Of a stretch of 64,000 bases of DNA, positions 41,960-55,489 are shown piece after piece (positions within the stretch are counted from its first letter, which is position 1; every line of letters starts with the position of its first letter). The stretch is taken from the NCBI RefSeq assembly GCF_002113885.1, contig NW_018404851.1, positions 69,113 to 133,112 of the forward strand, read 5' to 3'. A model generated the notes under the pieces. The model was not told the origin of the DNA, did not search any database, and saw only the letters and a list, made by a program, of their open reading frames with translations. Origin of the DNA: Mizuhopecten yessoensis. Its lineage: Eukaryota. The translations under genes and the position numbers were made by a program.

Positions 41960-42780
41960 ATATCAAATTATCAACATTGACAAATATACGGTATGCAACC
42001 ACACAAATCATCGATTTCGACAAACGTATTGCATACAACCACATAAAACATCTATATCGATATACGTATGGTTTACAACCAAGCAAGTCACTATCATAGA
42101 CAAATAATTGGCATACAACCAGAGACACTTTATGAAATACAACCAAGCAAAACATATTTATATTGACAAATGTATATTCTACAACCACAAATGTAATTGA
42201 CATTAACATTAATATAAGATATATGAACGCGCAAATTATCGATATCGACATAGTATGTATTTCATACATACATCGACATATCTATGGTATATAACCACAC
42301 AAACAATTAATATCGACATATCTATGGTATATAACCACACAAATCATCGATATCGACATATCTATGGTATACAACCACACAAATTATCGATATCGAGTTT
42401 TAAATTTATTCAGCAAGGTAAATCATGGGTATTGACATATATATGGTATACAATCACGCAAATCATCGATATCGACATATCTATGGCATACAACCAAACA
42501 AATCATCGATTTCGATATATCCATGGTATTAAACCACATGAGGCATCGATATCGACATAAATATGGCATATAACCATACATATTTGACACCGACATTTGA
42601 GCTGTATACAACCACATCGATTGTATGATATACATTACGGCATGAAATACTACCACACAGAACATCTTTATTGATAAATGTGCTTTCTACAACCACATAA
42701 TTAGTTTACATTGACAAATGTAAGATACACAACCACACTTCATGGATGTCGATATCAAATAACTGATACAACCGCACAGA
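41960..42780. repeat. Degenerate 40-bp tandem repeat (ATCGACATATCTATGGTATATAACCACACAAATCATCGAT)n
   Basis: Clean units at 42272, 42312 and 42352; units decay outward. Confidence 0.85.
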
Positions 42781-45700
42781 CCATATTACTGATAACTGTA
42801 GGATATTCAAAAGCAATAATAATCAAAATATACAAATGCATCATTTACATCCACAAGAATGAAAGCTAGCAATTATAATCTGATATAGGGAAAATAAGGA
42901 ATGGTTGTAGGTCTGTTAAAAAACAAGATACATGTAGAAATCTGGCAATGAAGATTGATGATTTTTGCCAATGAAACTGTTAGATGAGAAGAACCTATAC
43001 AACATGTATCGAAAAACCTGCAAGACAGATTCGCGTTCTATTCTTATGAGAAAGTCATCAATGTAAACAACAGAATTGTATTTTCCCATGATTATATTTA
43101 TTGTATATCGTTGTAAAGTACTCCAAGCAATAAGATGTATATGTATCACTTTTTGTACTTAAGGTAAGTGCAGCGTAAATACTACTGAATGTTCAAACTA
43201 TCTTAACTTCAGCTAATACTCCTAACAGGGATAATGTGTCCGATTTTCATTAAATGAATTTGACAAACCAACTTTTTGAACTGTGTTATAACTGGAATTT
43301 ACACACAATATGCTTCTTACGTACATGAGGTCACTGTTAGATCCACGAGAACATCCTCCTCGCCTAAACGTTATGTACCTGTAGCCAGAACGACCTATTT
43401 TAGATCTCGTACATTTCCTGTGTTGCGGAATACATTTCACACAAGTGTAAGAAATGCATGCAGTACTCATGTTGTTTTTTAAAGAAAAAATACCTGCACA
43501 AATTATACTGTGATACATGAATAGCTTGTAAATAATTATATGATTATTAGATCGTTTGTATTCTTAACATGTTGTATTTATGTATAAATGCAGGGCCATT
43601 TTGTTAATTATGTATGTCTCCCTGAATAAATAAATATATAAATATACTAATTATTTGTACAACCATACATATTATTATCTATATTAACAAATGGTGAGTT
43701 TAATTAGTTAAACAAATTGGACGCATGCTACAGAAACACTTTTGTACCTCCTCTCCTTTAGCTCTACAGCGTGTCATCCTATACTCCATCGTTAGTGACT
43801 CTAGAGAATTTACATAGAGAGATAAGGTGATCCAAGTTTTAATTTGTTACATTTAACCATTAATTGATCTCTTTAGTTGCTCAAATATATCGTGACAGAT
43901 GAATTGTTTTCCTACTTCCAGTGTCGCAGACGATTCGATATCCAGTGGTTGCTCTGGACATGACGATTTGTGTGATACATGTAGTTGTCGGCTGCTAACT
44001 CAACAGAGTTCGAGAGAAGCACTACTATGTTGACTTTGGATAACTGCTTTATTCGCTTTCTAATGAATCCAATAAATGCTCTATAATGTGTCGTGTAACT
44101 ACCCTTTCATCACTTCACACCTTCCGGAATAACTGTGTGAGCAAATTTATATTCTGCAAAAGTTTCATTGGTTATCGGTTTAATTTGTTGTTTTCCTGTA
44201 TCGTGGAATATTAATGTTCATGGAAGTCAAATTTGGTGACTCACATCTAAACAAAGTAACGGTTGATATTTGGTAGCATTCACCTTAACTACCACCGAAG
44301 GAAATCGTTCGACTTATTTTTATGCACCGTGACAAACACATAAACATTGCAAAGGGTAAAAGTTATGAACGAAACACACCAAGTGAACTGGTACGTGAAT
44401 AATATAGGCATAAACCACAATTAAAAATAAGCCGGGTAAATTTGAATACTCCAAAAATATATAATTGTCAGTAAAGGTGTCTTCTTAAATGTTCTGTGTC
44501 AGTAACACAACTATCTTTCCTTTGTAATTTAGATAAATACCTTGTATTTGTTTTCTGTGTTTCTAACGGTTGTTCTAATTGAATCCCTGTTATGAAATAA
44601 ATCATAAGCTAGGCGAGCGCGTGCAAGGGTAAACCAATGACATGTGATCTGTCTTATTCATGATAATGCGTCGACAAAGTGTTTCCTTTAACTCGGGTTA
44701 GTTGCAAACTTTGATTGAAGCCGCCTTGTCGATTGGTAACACGCAGCGGTTTCCTAAGTGTCAGGTGAAATACATCATCACACTTTAACAACGGTGTTCT
44801 ATTCAAGCCTAAAGGATTAGGGAAAAAGTGAGTGCAACAATGCATTGTCTTCCGGATCAAAGTGTAACGTAGCAGGTTTATCTGCATGCAATGTTTGAAT
44901 AAGAGTTATTTTAATAATAAACTAAATCGCCGATATACAAAACTAAAATAAACAATGCATCCTAAAACGGAAACACGACCACATATAACAGTGCCAATGC
45001 GGAACGACAAGACACACAGCGCCAAAACACAATGACAAACACACAACGGCGCCAGAATAAACAATATCACATCTCCATAACACAACGACGAAACATGTCA
45101 TAGTGACGAAACGCAACAAGAAAACATACAATATCTAACTAAACAACAAAACGTATCACAGCTCCAAAATACATTGCCAAAACATTCCGAAACGGGAGAA
45201 TAGTGCACATGTAATTATAGAACAGTAGTAAAATACAGCACCGCGAAAACACAAAAATAAAACATTCAGCAAAGTAACAAATACACATACCGGTTTGTTA
45301 TTTATTTTTATTTTAATTCGAGCAATAACATGTACAAAAGATAAACAAGGGTATATGCCGATTATTTTGTTGGATTTGCTTAATAACCAGTACACCTCTA
45401 TTTTGTAATTCATAAGTAAATGTAGGGGGTGTTTTGTTACACAGCTCTGCCCCTCTGTTTCAACAGACGTTTAGACCATTCAGATTTTAAACGTATTGGC
45501 CCCTAGCATGTCTGACCAGTCCTAGAAAGACAACTGTAGGATGCAGTGAAAAGTATTTTTGGCTTACTATATATACAAATGTATTACAAAGTTTCAATGG
45601 TTCAATCGCCTATGAGATACGTTCAACTTTCTGAAGTTCGAGAATTGATGTGGCTTATGATTTGGTTTCAAGTGTTACAGTTGATATGTGTTTTGTTTTA

Positions 45701-46321
45701 TTTGGAGTGTTGTATCGTAGTTATGAATGTAAATAGTAGGTGGTTTCTATTGATTGTAAGCGTTGAGATTGTGGTATATGTTATCTTACGATGTTTTAAT
45801 GTAGCGTTAATGCTGTTGCATATGTTTACTGATTTATTTTGAGCGTTGACGATTAAATATAATATTTTAGATATGGGCGCAGAGGATGCGTGTTTTTTAG
45901 GATAATAAGTGATGTGTTCTTTGATTCGCTCGGCCGTTACATTTTTGTTTTGGTGTTTTACTTTGAACCTTAATGTTTTGATATATTTCCTTCTCTTTCT
46001 AAATTCGAGCATCGTGCACATGTATAAATGTTCTTTTTGTGTTTGGCGGATATTATGATGATCTTTTTTTTAATATTTAGGCAGTTGTAATATACGTAGT
46101 ATATGTTTCTTTGTTTTGTGGTGTCGATTAATTTGGACATTTATACTGTGGTATATGTTTCTATTTTATGAGTCGATTTTGCGACGTTTGTTTTTTTACA
46201 TTCTGCTTTGAGTGTTGATGCTGTTTCATATTTTTCGCCCCATGTTAATTTGAACCTTGTTGAATTTGTAGATGTTTGTTTTACTTTTCCAGTAGCCATG
46301 TTGTGTCACCTTTGATGTCCT

Positions 46322-48125
46322 TTCTACTTTATGTGGTGACGGGGTGGTGTCTACTTTATGTGGTGATGGTGTGGTGTCTACTTTATGTGGGGTTTACTTT
46401 ATGTGGTGACGGTGTCGTGTCTACTTTATGTGGTGACGTTGTGGTGTCTAGTTTATGTGGTGACGGTGGGGTGTCTACTTGTTGTGGTGACAGTATGGCG
46501 TCTACTTTATGTGGTGACGGTGAGGTGTCTACTTTATGTGGTGATGGTGTGGTGTCTACTTTATGTGGAGACGGTGTGGTGTATACTTTATGTGGTGACG
46601 GTGTGGGGTCTAGTTTATGTGGTGACGGTGGGGTGTCTACTTTATGTGGGGACGGTGTGGAGTCTACTTTATGTGGTGACGGTGTGGAGTCTACTTTATG
46701 TGGTGACGGTGAGGTGTCTACTTTATGTGGTGATGGTGTGGTGTCTACTTTATGTGGAGACGGTGTGGTGTCTACTTTATGAGGTGACGGTGTGGTGTCT
46801 ACTTTTTGTGGTGACAGTATGGTGTCTACTTTATGTGGTGACTGTGTGGTGTCTACTTTATGTTATGACGGTGTGGTGTGGACTTTATGTGGTGACGGTG
46901 TGGTATCTATTGTATGTGGTGACGGTGTGGTGTCTTCTTTATGTGTTGACGGTGTGATGTCTACTTTATGTGGTTACGGTGTGGTGTCTACTTTATGTTG
47001 TGTTTACTTTATGTGGTGACAGTGTGGTGTCTACTTTATGTTATGACGGTGTGGTGTCTACTTTATTTGGTGACTGTGTGGTGTCTACTTTATGTTATGA
47101 CGGTGTGGTGTCTACTTTATGTAGTGACGGTGTGGTGTCTACTTTATTTGGTGACTGTGTGGTGTCTACTTTATGTGGTGTCGGTGTGGTGTCTACTTTA
47201 TGTGATGACGGTGTGGTGTCTACTTTATTTGGTGACTGTGTGGTGTCTACTTTATGTTATGACGGTGTGGTGTGGACTTTATGTGGTGACGGTGTGGTGC
47301 CTACTTTATGTGGTGACGGTGTGGAGTCTACTTTATGTGGTGACGGTGGGGTGTCTACTTGTTGTGGTGACAGTGTGGTGTCTACTTTATGTTGTGACGG
47401 TGTGGTGTCTACTTTATGTAGTGACGGTGTGGTGTCTACTTTATTTGGTGACTGTGTGGTGTCTACTTTATGTGGTGTTTACTTTATGTGGTGACAGTGT
47501 GGTGTCTACTTTATGTTATGACGGTGTGGTGTGTACTTTATGTGGTGACGGTGTGGTGTCTACTTTATGTGGTGACGTTGTGGTGTCTACTTTATGTGGT
47601 GACGGTGTGGTGTCTAGTTTATGTGGTGACGGTGTGGTGTCTACTTGTTGTGGTGACAGTATGGTGTCTACTTTATGTGGTGACGGTGTGGTGTCTACTT
47701 TATGTGGTGACGGCGTGGAATCTACTTTATGTGGTGACGGTGTGGTATCTATTGTATGTGGTGACGGTGTGGTGTCTACTTTATGTGGTGACGGCGTGGA
47801 GTCTACTTTATGTTGTGACGGTGTGGTGTCTACTTTATGTGGTGACGGTGTGGTGTCTACTTTATGTGGTGATGGTGTGCTGTCTAGTTTATGTGGTGAC
47901 GGTGTGGTGTTTACTTTATGTGGTTACAGTGTGGTGTCTACTTTATGTGGTGACGGCGTGGGGTCTACTTTATGTGGTGACGGCGTGGTGTTTACTTTAT
48001 GTGGTGATGGTGTGGTGTCTACTTTATGTGGTGACGGCGTGGGGTCTACTTTATGTGGTGACGGTGTGGTGTATACTTTATGTGGTGATGGTGTGGTGTC
48101 TACTTTATGTGGTGACGGATTGGTG
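46322..48125. repeat. 27-bp GT-rich minisatellite (TCTACTTTATGTGGTGACGGTGTGGTG)n, ~65 copies
   Basis: 27-bp period with occasional shortened units. Source of the (STLCGDGVV)n and (VVTVWCLLY)n ORFs. Confidence 0.97.
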
Positions 48126-51100
48126 TTTAGGACCCTTTTTTACTAGTGCGGCCGTGTTGTATACTAATATATACGTTCATGCCGTAGTGAAGATTTCGAT
48201 TTTATATTTTACTTTGTATTTTAACTATGTGGTATTTTGTCCTATAATTTCCATGGTGATGATGTGATATATGTACACTAACTTAGTGGCTACAAGCTTT
48301 AGAACAGTTTATTTGTGTTGTTATGTTCCCATTGGACAAATATACAAGTTCTGAAGTGTACGTAATTGACAACACATACAGTGAACATCTATTAGGTATA
48401 AAGTATTTAACTCGGATTGAAAATCCGTTTACAAAAACAGTACGTTCTTTTTTATCAAATATATATTGATAAGTTAGAATACAAAATAATTTTTATCAAG
48501 GTTTACGTGTTATCATTTCCTTCGTGTTATATATCGTGTTGGCTCTCACCTTTGCAGATGCACCTAAATTTAAGTTCAATATACACATTTTCTTGAGGTA
48601 GAAATTTAACTGTGTAATTAAACTATAAGTGTCCAAGTGTACGGCAAAGATAAGTTTAACATTTATTTATGATGTTAGACATATTCATATCCGCTGGCAC
48701 GTTTATGGCTCGGGGACACTTGATATCAGGAGCAATAAATGTTTGATGACACAATAAGGGATTTTGTAGTGCCGGAAACAATGATCTGACATTAAAGATT
48801 AATATAAGGATGTCGTGAAATGTGTCTTTTCATCAAACGAGAGCATGTCAACGTAAACTTGCTGACAACAACGCCTAAGACATGCGTATATGCATCAGGT
48901 TCACCACATCCTATTCAAATCTAATAAGTCCTATTTATACATAAACCTTCTGTTACTGATATGCAATTTTTACAATTAGCAATACATAAATCAATACAAT
49001 TTTTGAGGAATTCGCAGGAGCTGCCTTATCAGGCGCTTACTACTAAACCTATGCCACCTGGCTAATATCCCCATATGTGTGTATGCCTGCGTGTGTGCTG
49101 GATATGTAATGTGTTCTGTTTCCCAATTATTTCACAACCATTTTGCCTTTCTGGAAAAAAAGAAGAAGATGATATGAAATGAGAATAATCAGAAAGCTAT
49201 ACAAAGAAAAAAATATATTGCACCCTGTACTATGGGACATAAACAAACAAACAAACAAACAACGACAATAGAAACTAAAGAGACATTAATAAGCTTGAAA
49301 CCATTAAATATTTCAAATAACAATATCGATTAGAGGAATTGTATCATCTGTGAATACAATATTTATTACAACTTTACCAGTGTAGTGTATGTGTCTGGTG
49401 TTGAAAATAACGTACTACTTGTAGAGCACTTATTATCGTATTTTATCAGGGTATTGCTGAATTGGCGAACTCGCAACATGTGTTAGAGCAAACTTTTCAC
49501 AGAAACTTAAATCATCGCAATCATAAATTAGCGCACTGTCTAAAACGCGATAGCGTTGGCATTAGAACTACGTTAGATATAGAAGTTAACGATTATCTGG
49601 TGATATGTTTCTCATGCTTGTCATAAAGTAATATTTGCACGCGTCACTATCGATTGTATGTGTTTATTAGGTCGGAAGTTATTTGGAATAGATGGAATGA
49701 ATGTTGATGCGTGCTTTACGTTTTAACTCATAGAATGCGTACTGTTGTAATGTTACACTCGTGTTATACTTCTAGTTGTACTACTAGACAACTTGGCTAA
49801 CTTAAAGCCATCAAATTTCAATAAACATTTAAAATGTGTCCTGAAATTGTCCCAAAAATGAAATGTCATCAGACACTAAAGTTCCTATAGGTAGGACTGG
49901 GTCACGCAAAAAAACTCAATGTCATGGGCGAGATAGGCCTAGCGTATCCTGTATACATGATATCTGTCAAAGTCACAAACAATGATGAGGATAAAGGGGC
50001 ATGATTGAGAGGTTTACTTGTAAAGTTATACGAGGTTTCGCTGTTCCTATCCCAAATATACTAAACCTTGTCATTTTTGATTGATCTCACGACAATCTAA
50101 CAATAGAAACTATTGTACTGTTGATCTATTTATGAACATTATTAAAGCGATACACATCTCCACTAATCCTGATATAAAACATAGGAGATAACTGCATGCC
50201 AAATGGTACATATCCTAGAGGAAACGTCAACATAGCTGTCATTACATCAACGTTTTTGTTTTCGAGAGAATTTCGATTTCTTTGACTTCCTCATGCATAT
50301 GAAGTAATTATTTCAAAATACCCAAAGTGAAATTTAGATAGGAAAGTCCATACAGAAAACCAAACAAATTATAGACCTGTACTGTAGTCTATTGTCACTA
50401 CGCTATCAGTTAATAACCAAAAGTATAGAAGCAGCTATTTTGATTAAGTATTTTGGACCCAAGATTAGTAATAGAGTTCAAAGTAATGAAAATCCTAAGA
50501 CAAATCCAATAAATACGTCAAAAATACGACATCACTTGGTGGGGCTATACATTTTTAACAATTGACTACAACAGATGGTATAGCATGTAACTGGTACTGA
50601 CAGTCTGCATTTCAGACACATGAAGCAGCTTACCTCAGGGAATGATAATCCATTAGCAGAGTCAACAACATTGAGACGAAAATATAATGTTCAGAAATAA
50701 AAAGTGAAGAATCGATTATGTTTGAATTCAATAATTGTTTTGCTGTTTCTTGTCCATTTAGGACTTATCAATGGAATTAAATGTTAAATGAATGGTTACA
50801 TATTCATGCTGAAAGATAATCAATAAGGTCAATATAGTTACTCATCGTTTACGTTGTCAATATTATCAAAGGAATAAGGGGAGGTAACGACGTTTTTAAA
50901 CCACACTAATTAATTGTCAGCTTGTATTACGTTTCTAATCATATGTAAAAGCCGGGCAAAGGGAAAATGTGTCTTTTAAACCACCTTTAGACTATCATGT
51001 TTACAACTTTTGACATAATATATCCAGTACACTACCATCAACTATTTACATTTCCTTGTACAGCACTTAGATAAACTTACCAACCAAAAATATGTTCAAG

Positions 51101-53479
51101 TCGTAAACATTAAGGGTCTCTCCGTCTAACAGTTAAAAATAATTGGAATCATGGCATGACGTCAAATTCAAATTATGCTCTTTAGTGCATCATGGAAATT
51201 GTTTGAACTGCAATGTATTGCAAACCATCATAACTGTTAAAGATATGTATTTCAGTTTGGAGAACCAGGTTTTGTAGATCTGTGACAGTTGTTGTAACAT
51301 TAATCTCGAAATGTCGTCATATCTGCTAGTCCATGCCCTAACAAGACTGGACTAGACTTACATTGTTACGTTCCAATGTATCCTTATTGTATGGACAGAC
51401 ATGTTAACTATTTTTATAATTAATTTCATCATGTATAAATCTACAACATACCGCTTGTCTCTCCCACAGCGGAAATGTTGAAGCAGTTTCCGTCACCTGA
51501 TACTGTCATTAGTAATGACTAATCTTGAGCAAGGTTAGCCACATTGTCACGGGCTGCAGTAGCAATCGTCAGTTGTGTTTGTGGTTGGATTGATTAATAG
51601 AATCTTTCCCTGTTACATCCTTAGGTAGGGGATGATCATTTTTCTCACATCCTATTATTTTAGTCACAACTCCACCGACAGTAGTGTAAAAACACATGTG
51701 GGGTATGAATATCGTCATTCACTTTTGATGACGTCACAATTACCGGTGACGCGTTTTTATGACGTCACAATTGAACACGTGCTAATCGGCACGAGGCTGT
51801 CTCCCCTTAGGGGTTGACAAGCTGATTTTTCCCGGATAAAACGGGAGACACACCTTTGAAGGGTGGGAAAAAATATATTCCAAAGGAACACGACAGAACA
51901 GCGCTTACAGAAGCCTGAAGAACCATTCAGGCAGACTACTTCAATAAATCGCAAAGTATCAGATGATGTTTCATATTTGATAAATTTTAAACATTTGTTT
52001 AACTTATTATCAACCGGTTCTTCCGTCTAAATTTTGAATATTTAAAAACGTCTAAATATATGTATATCTCTGAATTTAACATCCTGTATCCCGTTTTGTA
52101 ATTGTTAAAGGAAATACTGTAAGTCGTTAATACAATAATTATCATATCATAACTGATCAAACATACGTTTTAATGAATCACAGGGTGTAATGACGATAGT
52201 AAGATTGTCGGGTTATATACACAAGATAATACATACACATGTATGCTTGAAAAATGGTTAAAAGTGTTATTTATAATCAACATATAGTTTAAGAATAAAA
52301 GGTATTGAATATTACCGTGAAAAAAATTACATACATTATGCCTAAGTTTTTCTGTTTGTTCTTTTTTCAAATAAAATTACCACTTTGTGAATTATCTGGC
52401 AGAAGATACACGAAATATTCATTATTCCCATGGAAGGTCCGCAGAAGAAAGTGTTTTTATTTGTTCATATCTCAAACATTGCTTTAATACTAAGTTTACG
52501 ATACTTAATAGATCATTAATTGAATATAAGCAATTCCCAAGTGCTTTAGGATTAAACCACAAATAAGTGATGACGTCGTATATCGCGCGGTATTCGTAAT
52601 TGTAACTTCAGATTGGTTGACGTTGATCATCGACGATGGAATTACTGCGCAGTGTTTTGTTTTGTGTTAAATCATTGTGAAATTATCTATTAACAAACAT
52701 AAAAACTATCCAACTGTTATGAACAAAAAAGTGTATTCTGTTATTTTGAATTAATGATAAGGGATAGCAATGACACTTTTTATTTTTGGGGTCGAACGGT
52801 ATCTGTTTGCATCTTGCATATGGCGAAGCAGTTTATGCACAAAAGTGCACACACTAACCCAAAAATAATCATGGTTACTACTTAAATGTTTTAATGATTG
52901 ACGTGATAGCACGATTTAGAATATTTAACAATTTCGTGCATTTGATATATTGCAACGATGACAGGACGCAAGCCATTTGATTGTTCCATGTTTTAAATAT
53001 TAGCGTGAAAGCACCTTATGCCATACGTGTCCATTACATGATATATTTCGGCGAACCATTTATAGCAATACGAATATGATTAGTGCAATAGTGAAATATG
53101 GTGTCAACACATAGCTGTTTGTTGAAACTCATCCTAATGGGAATGACCAATCTACTCCAAAAGTCTTTGTTAACTTATTTGTGATATCCGTTACACAAGT
53201 GTTTATATTTTCTCATTTCTACAGATGATGGACCCTCCTTATTTACAGCAGTACTCGGTCTGCGGCCCCGACCATGAGTTTGACACTTTGAGTCAGGAAA
53301 AAAACCGTCTGCAAACATTGCAATGCAAATTTAGTGAAACAACATGTACTTTAGTTTTTGATCATCGATTAAATCAATGGTATGCTACATCCAGTTTCTA
53401 TACGACAATATTATATAGAATGATGAAGGTACGTTACGTTACTCCCTTTCTACGGCAATATAAGATATACCGACCAAAA

Positions 53480-54232
53480 GTGTGTGTCACACACTACCTA
53501 TGTACATCGCCGGGACTAAACCGGAGCAAAAAAAATAACAACAGCGAGAAAAATCGGCAGAGCTCCGGCGAGAAAGCACTTGAAAATTTAAAATTGACAG
53601 TAACCGTACCGTTGTGATACCGTTGTTCTACCGATGTAAGAGCCGATGTGCTACCGAATACCGCTTTTCTGACACCTCAGTGTTACTAATGAGCCGCCAA
53701 TGTTATACCGAGGAGCCGGCGTTGTTCTACCGATGTGTCACCGTTGACCGGAGCTATAGCGGAGTGATACCGTTGCGCTGCCGATATGACGGTAGCTATA
53801 TGTACATTGTTAGTACATCGGCGGCTCATCAGTACTACTTCGGTGGTATTCGGTAGTACTACGGTATCACATCTGTTCCAGTGCGGTACACATTGAGGCC
53901 TCCGGAGAGCAGATCAATTACGGGGCGCTACCGGTGCTCTACCGACATTAAAGAAGCCATACTGGAGTTCTCACGAAGTACTGCCGTTGAAGTCCCGTTG
54001 CTCGCTCCGTAAGCACAACGGCGGACATTTTTGAGCATGTTCAAAAATGTCTACCGTCACCTGCCGTTGTTAAATGTTTCGCCGATGTTCTGACGATGTC
54101 CTGACGATGTCCTGACAGAGTACTACCGTTCGTAACGATATGATACCGTTGCGCTGCCATATTAGTACCGATTCCCGAAAATCGCCAAATTTGTGCTCCG
54201 GCGACCCAAATCGGCTAGGTGTGACAGCTCCC
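53480..54232. mobile_element. GC-rich non-autonomous DNA element, PIF/Harbinger-like
   Basis: Sharp GC-rich island with imperfect inverted ends (TGTCACAC..CGCCGG..CCGGAGCAAA / TTTGTGCTCCGGCGA..GTGTGACAGCTCCC). TTA follows the right end; the left TSD is not clean. Confidence 0.5.
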
Positions 54233-55489
54233 TTACCAAAGTACATGTATACTAGCACCTTTATGACATACATGTGATATATGTACATACACGTTAATAA
54301 CTTAATACCAATGTACTTGTATAATTTCGTAGTCTGTTTTGTTACAGCGTGAACATCTTGCTGATAACTAAATATCATAAATCCTTCTTATAGTTCTCAA
54401 TCTAGCTAAACACGTGTCAGGCTGTTAACTACGTACTGTCCCATTTATTTAAACCAAAAGTTCAACATGATTCAGCACGTCATTAGTTGTTATGACAAAC
54501 CCACGTAAAAAGACAAATCTGCGAACGGAAAAGAAATTAATCGATATCGTGTTTTGTGTCAAAAAAGTAATTACGCTTCATTCAACTTGGCCGTCAACGG
54601 AAATGTAAAGGTGTAGTCACGCCTAAACTCAAAACGCCACAAACAGTGACGACAAGCACTCCTGCAAAACTATAACAGAGTAATTGAACGACAATTTTCC
54701 AAACAAGATTTGTGATTAGATGTTTTCATCAAAACAATAAGCAAACGCATTCATATCATGCAGTCTCATTGTCTTTATTTGTTAGTTTAATATACAGAAT
54801 GCGAACAAGTGTTCTTTGTTAATAGATTAATAATGAAATGTTTTTTTATCGTGCAACTAGTACTTGCGATGAATGTCATTGATACGCATACTTCGATAGG
54901 CATCATTCAACATCGATAATTGTTTACGTACACATGATTAATGCATAGGTAGCACAAACACCCGGAGTTAAAATAGATAGCACTTATTATTAATTACGTT
55001 TAGGACGTACTTTTGTCAACCTGGATAAAATGGTGAAACATGTGTTATGTTCGTTACTTTCTCTGTATATTACGTCTGAAGCAGTGAGGGGATACCATTT
55101 GGCTGACCTCCATCCTCGCTACCTCGGTCGTTGACCATGGAGGCAGACAAACTAATACGTAACTAAAATAAATGTTGCAAAGTTGAGAACATATCATTGT
55201 GACGGACATTCTAGGCGGTAGTAACAACGCCTTGCATGTTAATTACATGTTAAAGTGAAATAGGCAACAGTTTTGCACTCTCATGTTTATGTATAGACGT
55301 ACGTGCTTTAAAGGATACATAGCACCAACGTTCATACACCTATTCAGTATTCATATCATAATTTATTAAAATGGAGGATTTATATGTAAACCGTCAATCG
55401 GGGAGCAAACCACGTAACTACTGCACGAGAAATTGTTAAAATAAATATATTTATTTATACAACTGTAGTTATTTTAGTTAATGTTTATC

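Noticed and set aside
44940-46260. AC-rich block followed by GT-rich block as a possible inverted repeat
   Set aside because: Only compositional complementarity; I could not align the two blocks.
46276-48267. Long ORFs of 168-392 aa, (STLCGDGVV)n and (VVTVWCLLY)n
   Set aside because: They are translations of a 27-bp satellite, with overlapping frames and frame-shifting short units. No unique coding flank or splice structure.
53225-53856. 130-aa and 80-aa ORFs
   Set aside because: They run into the GC-rich non-autonomous element; no transposase or other motif.
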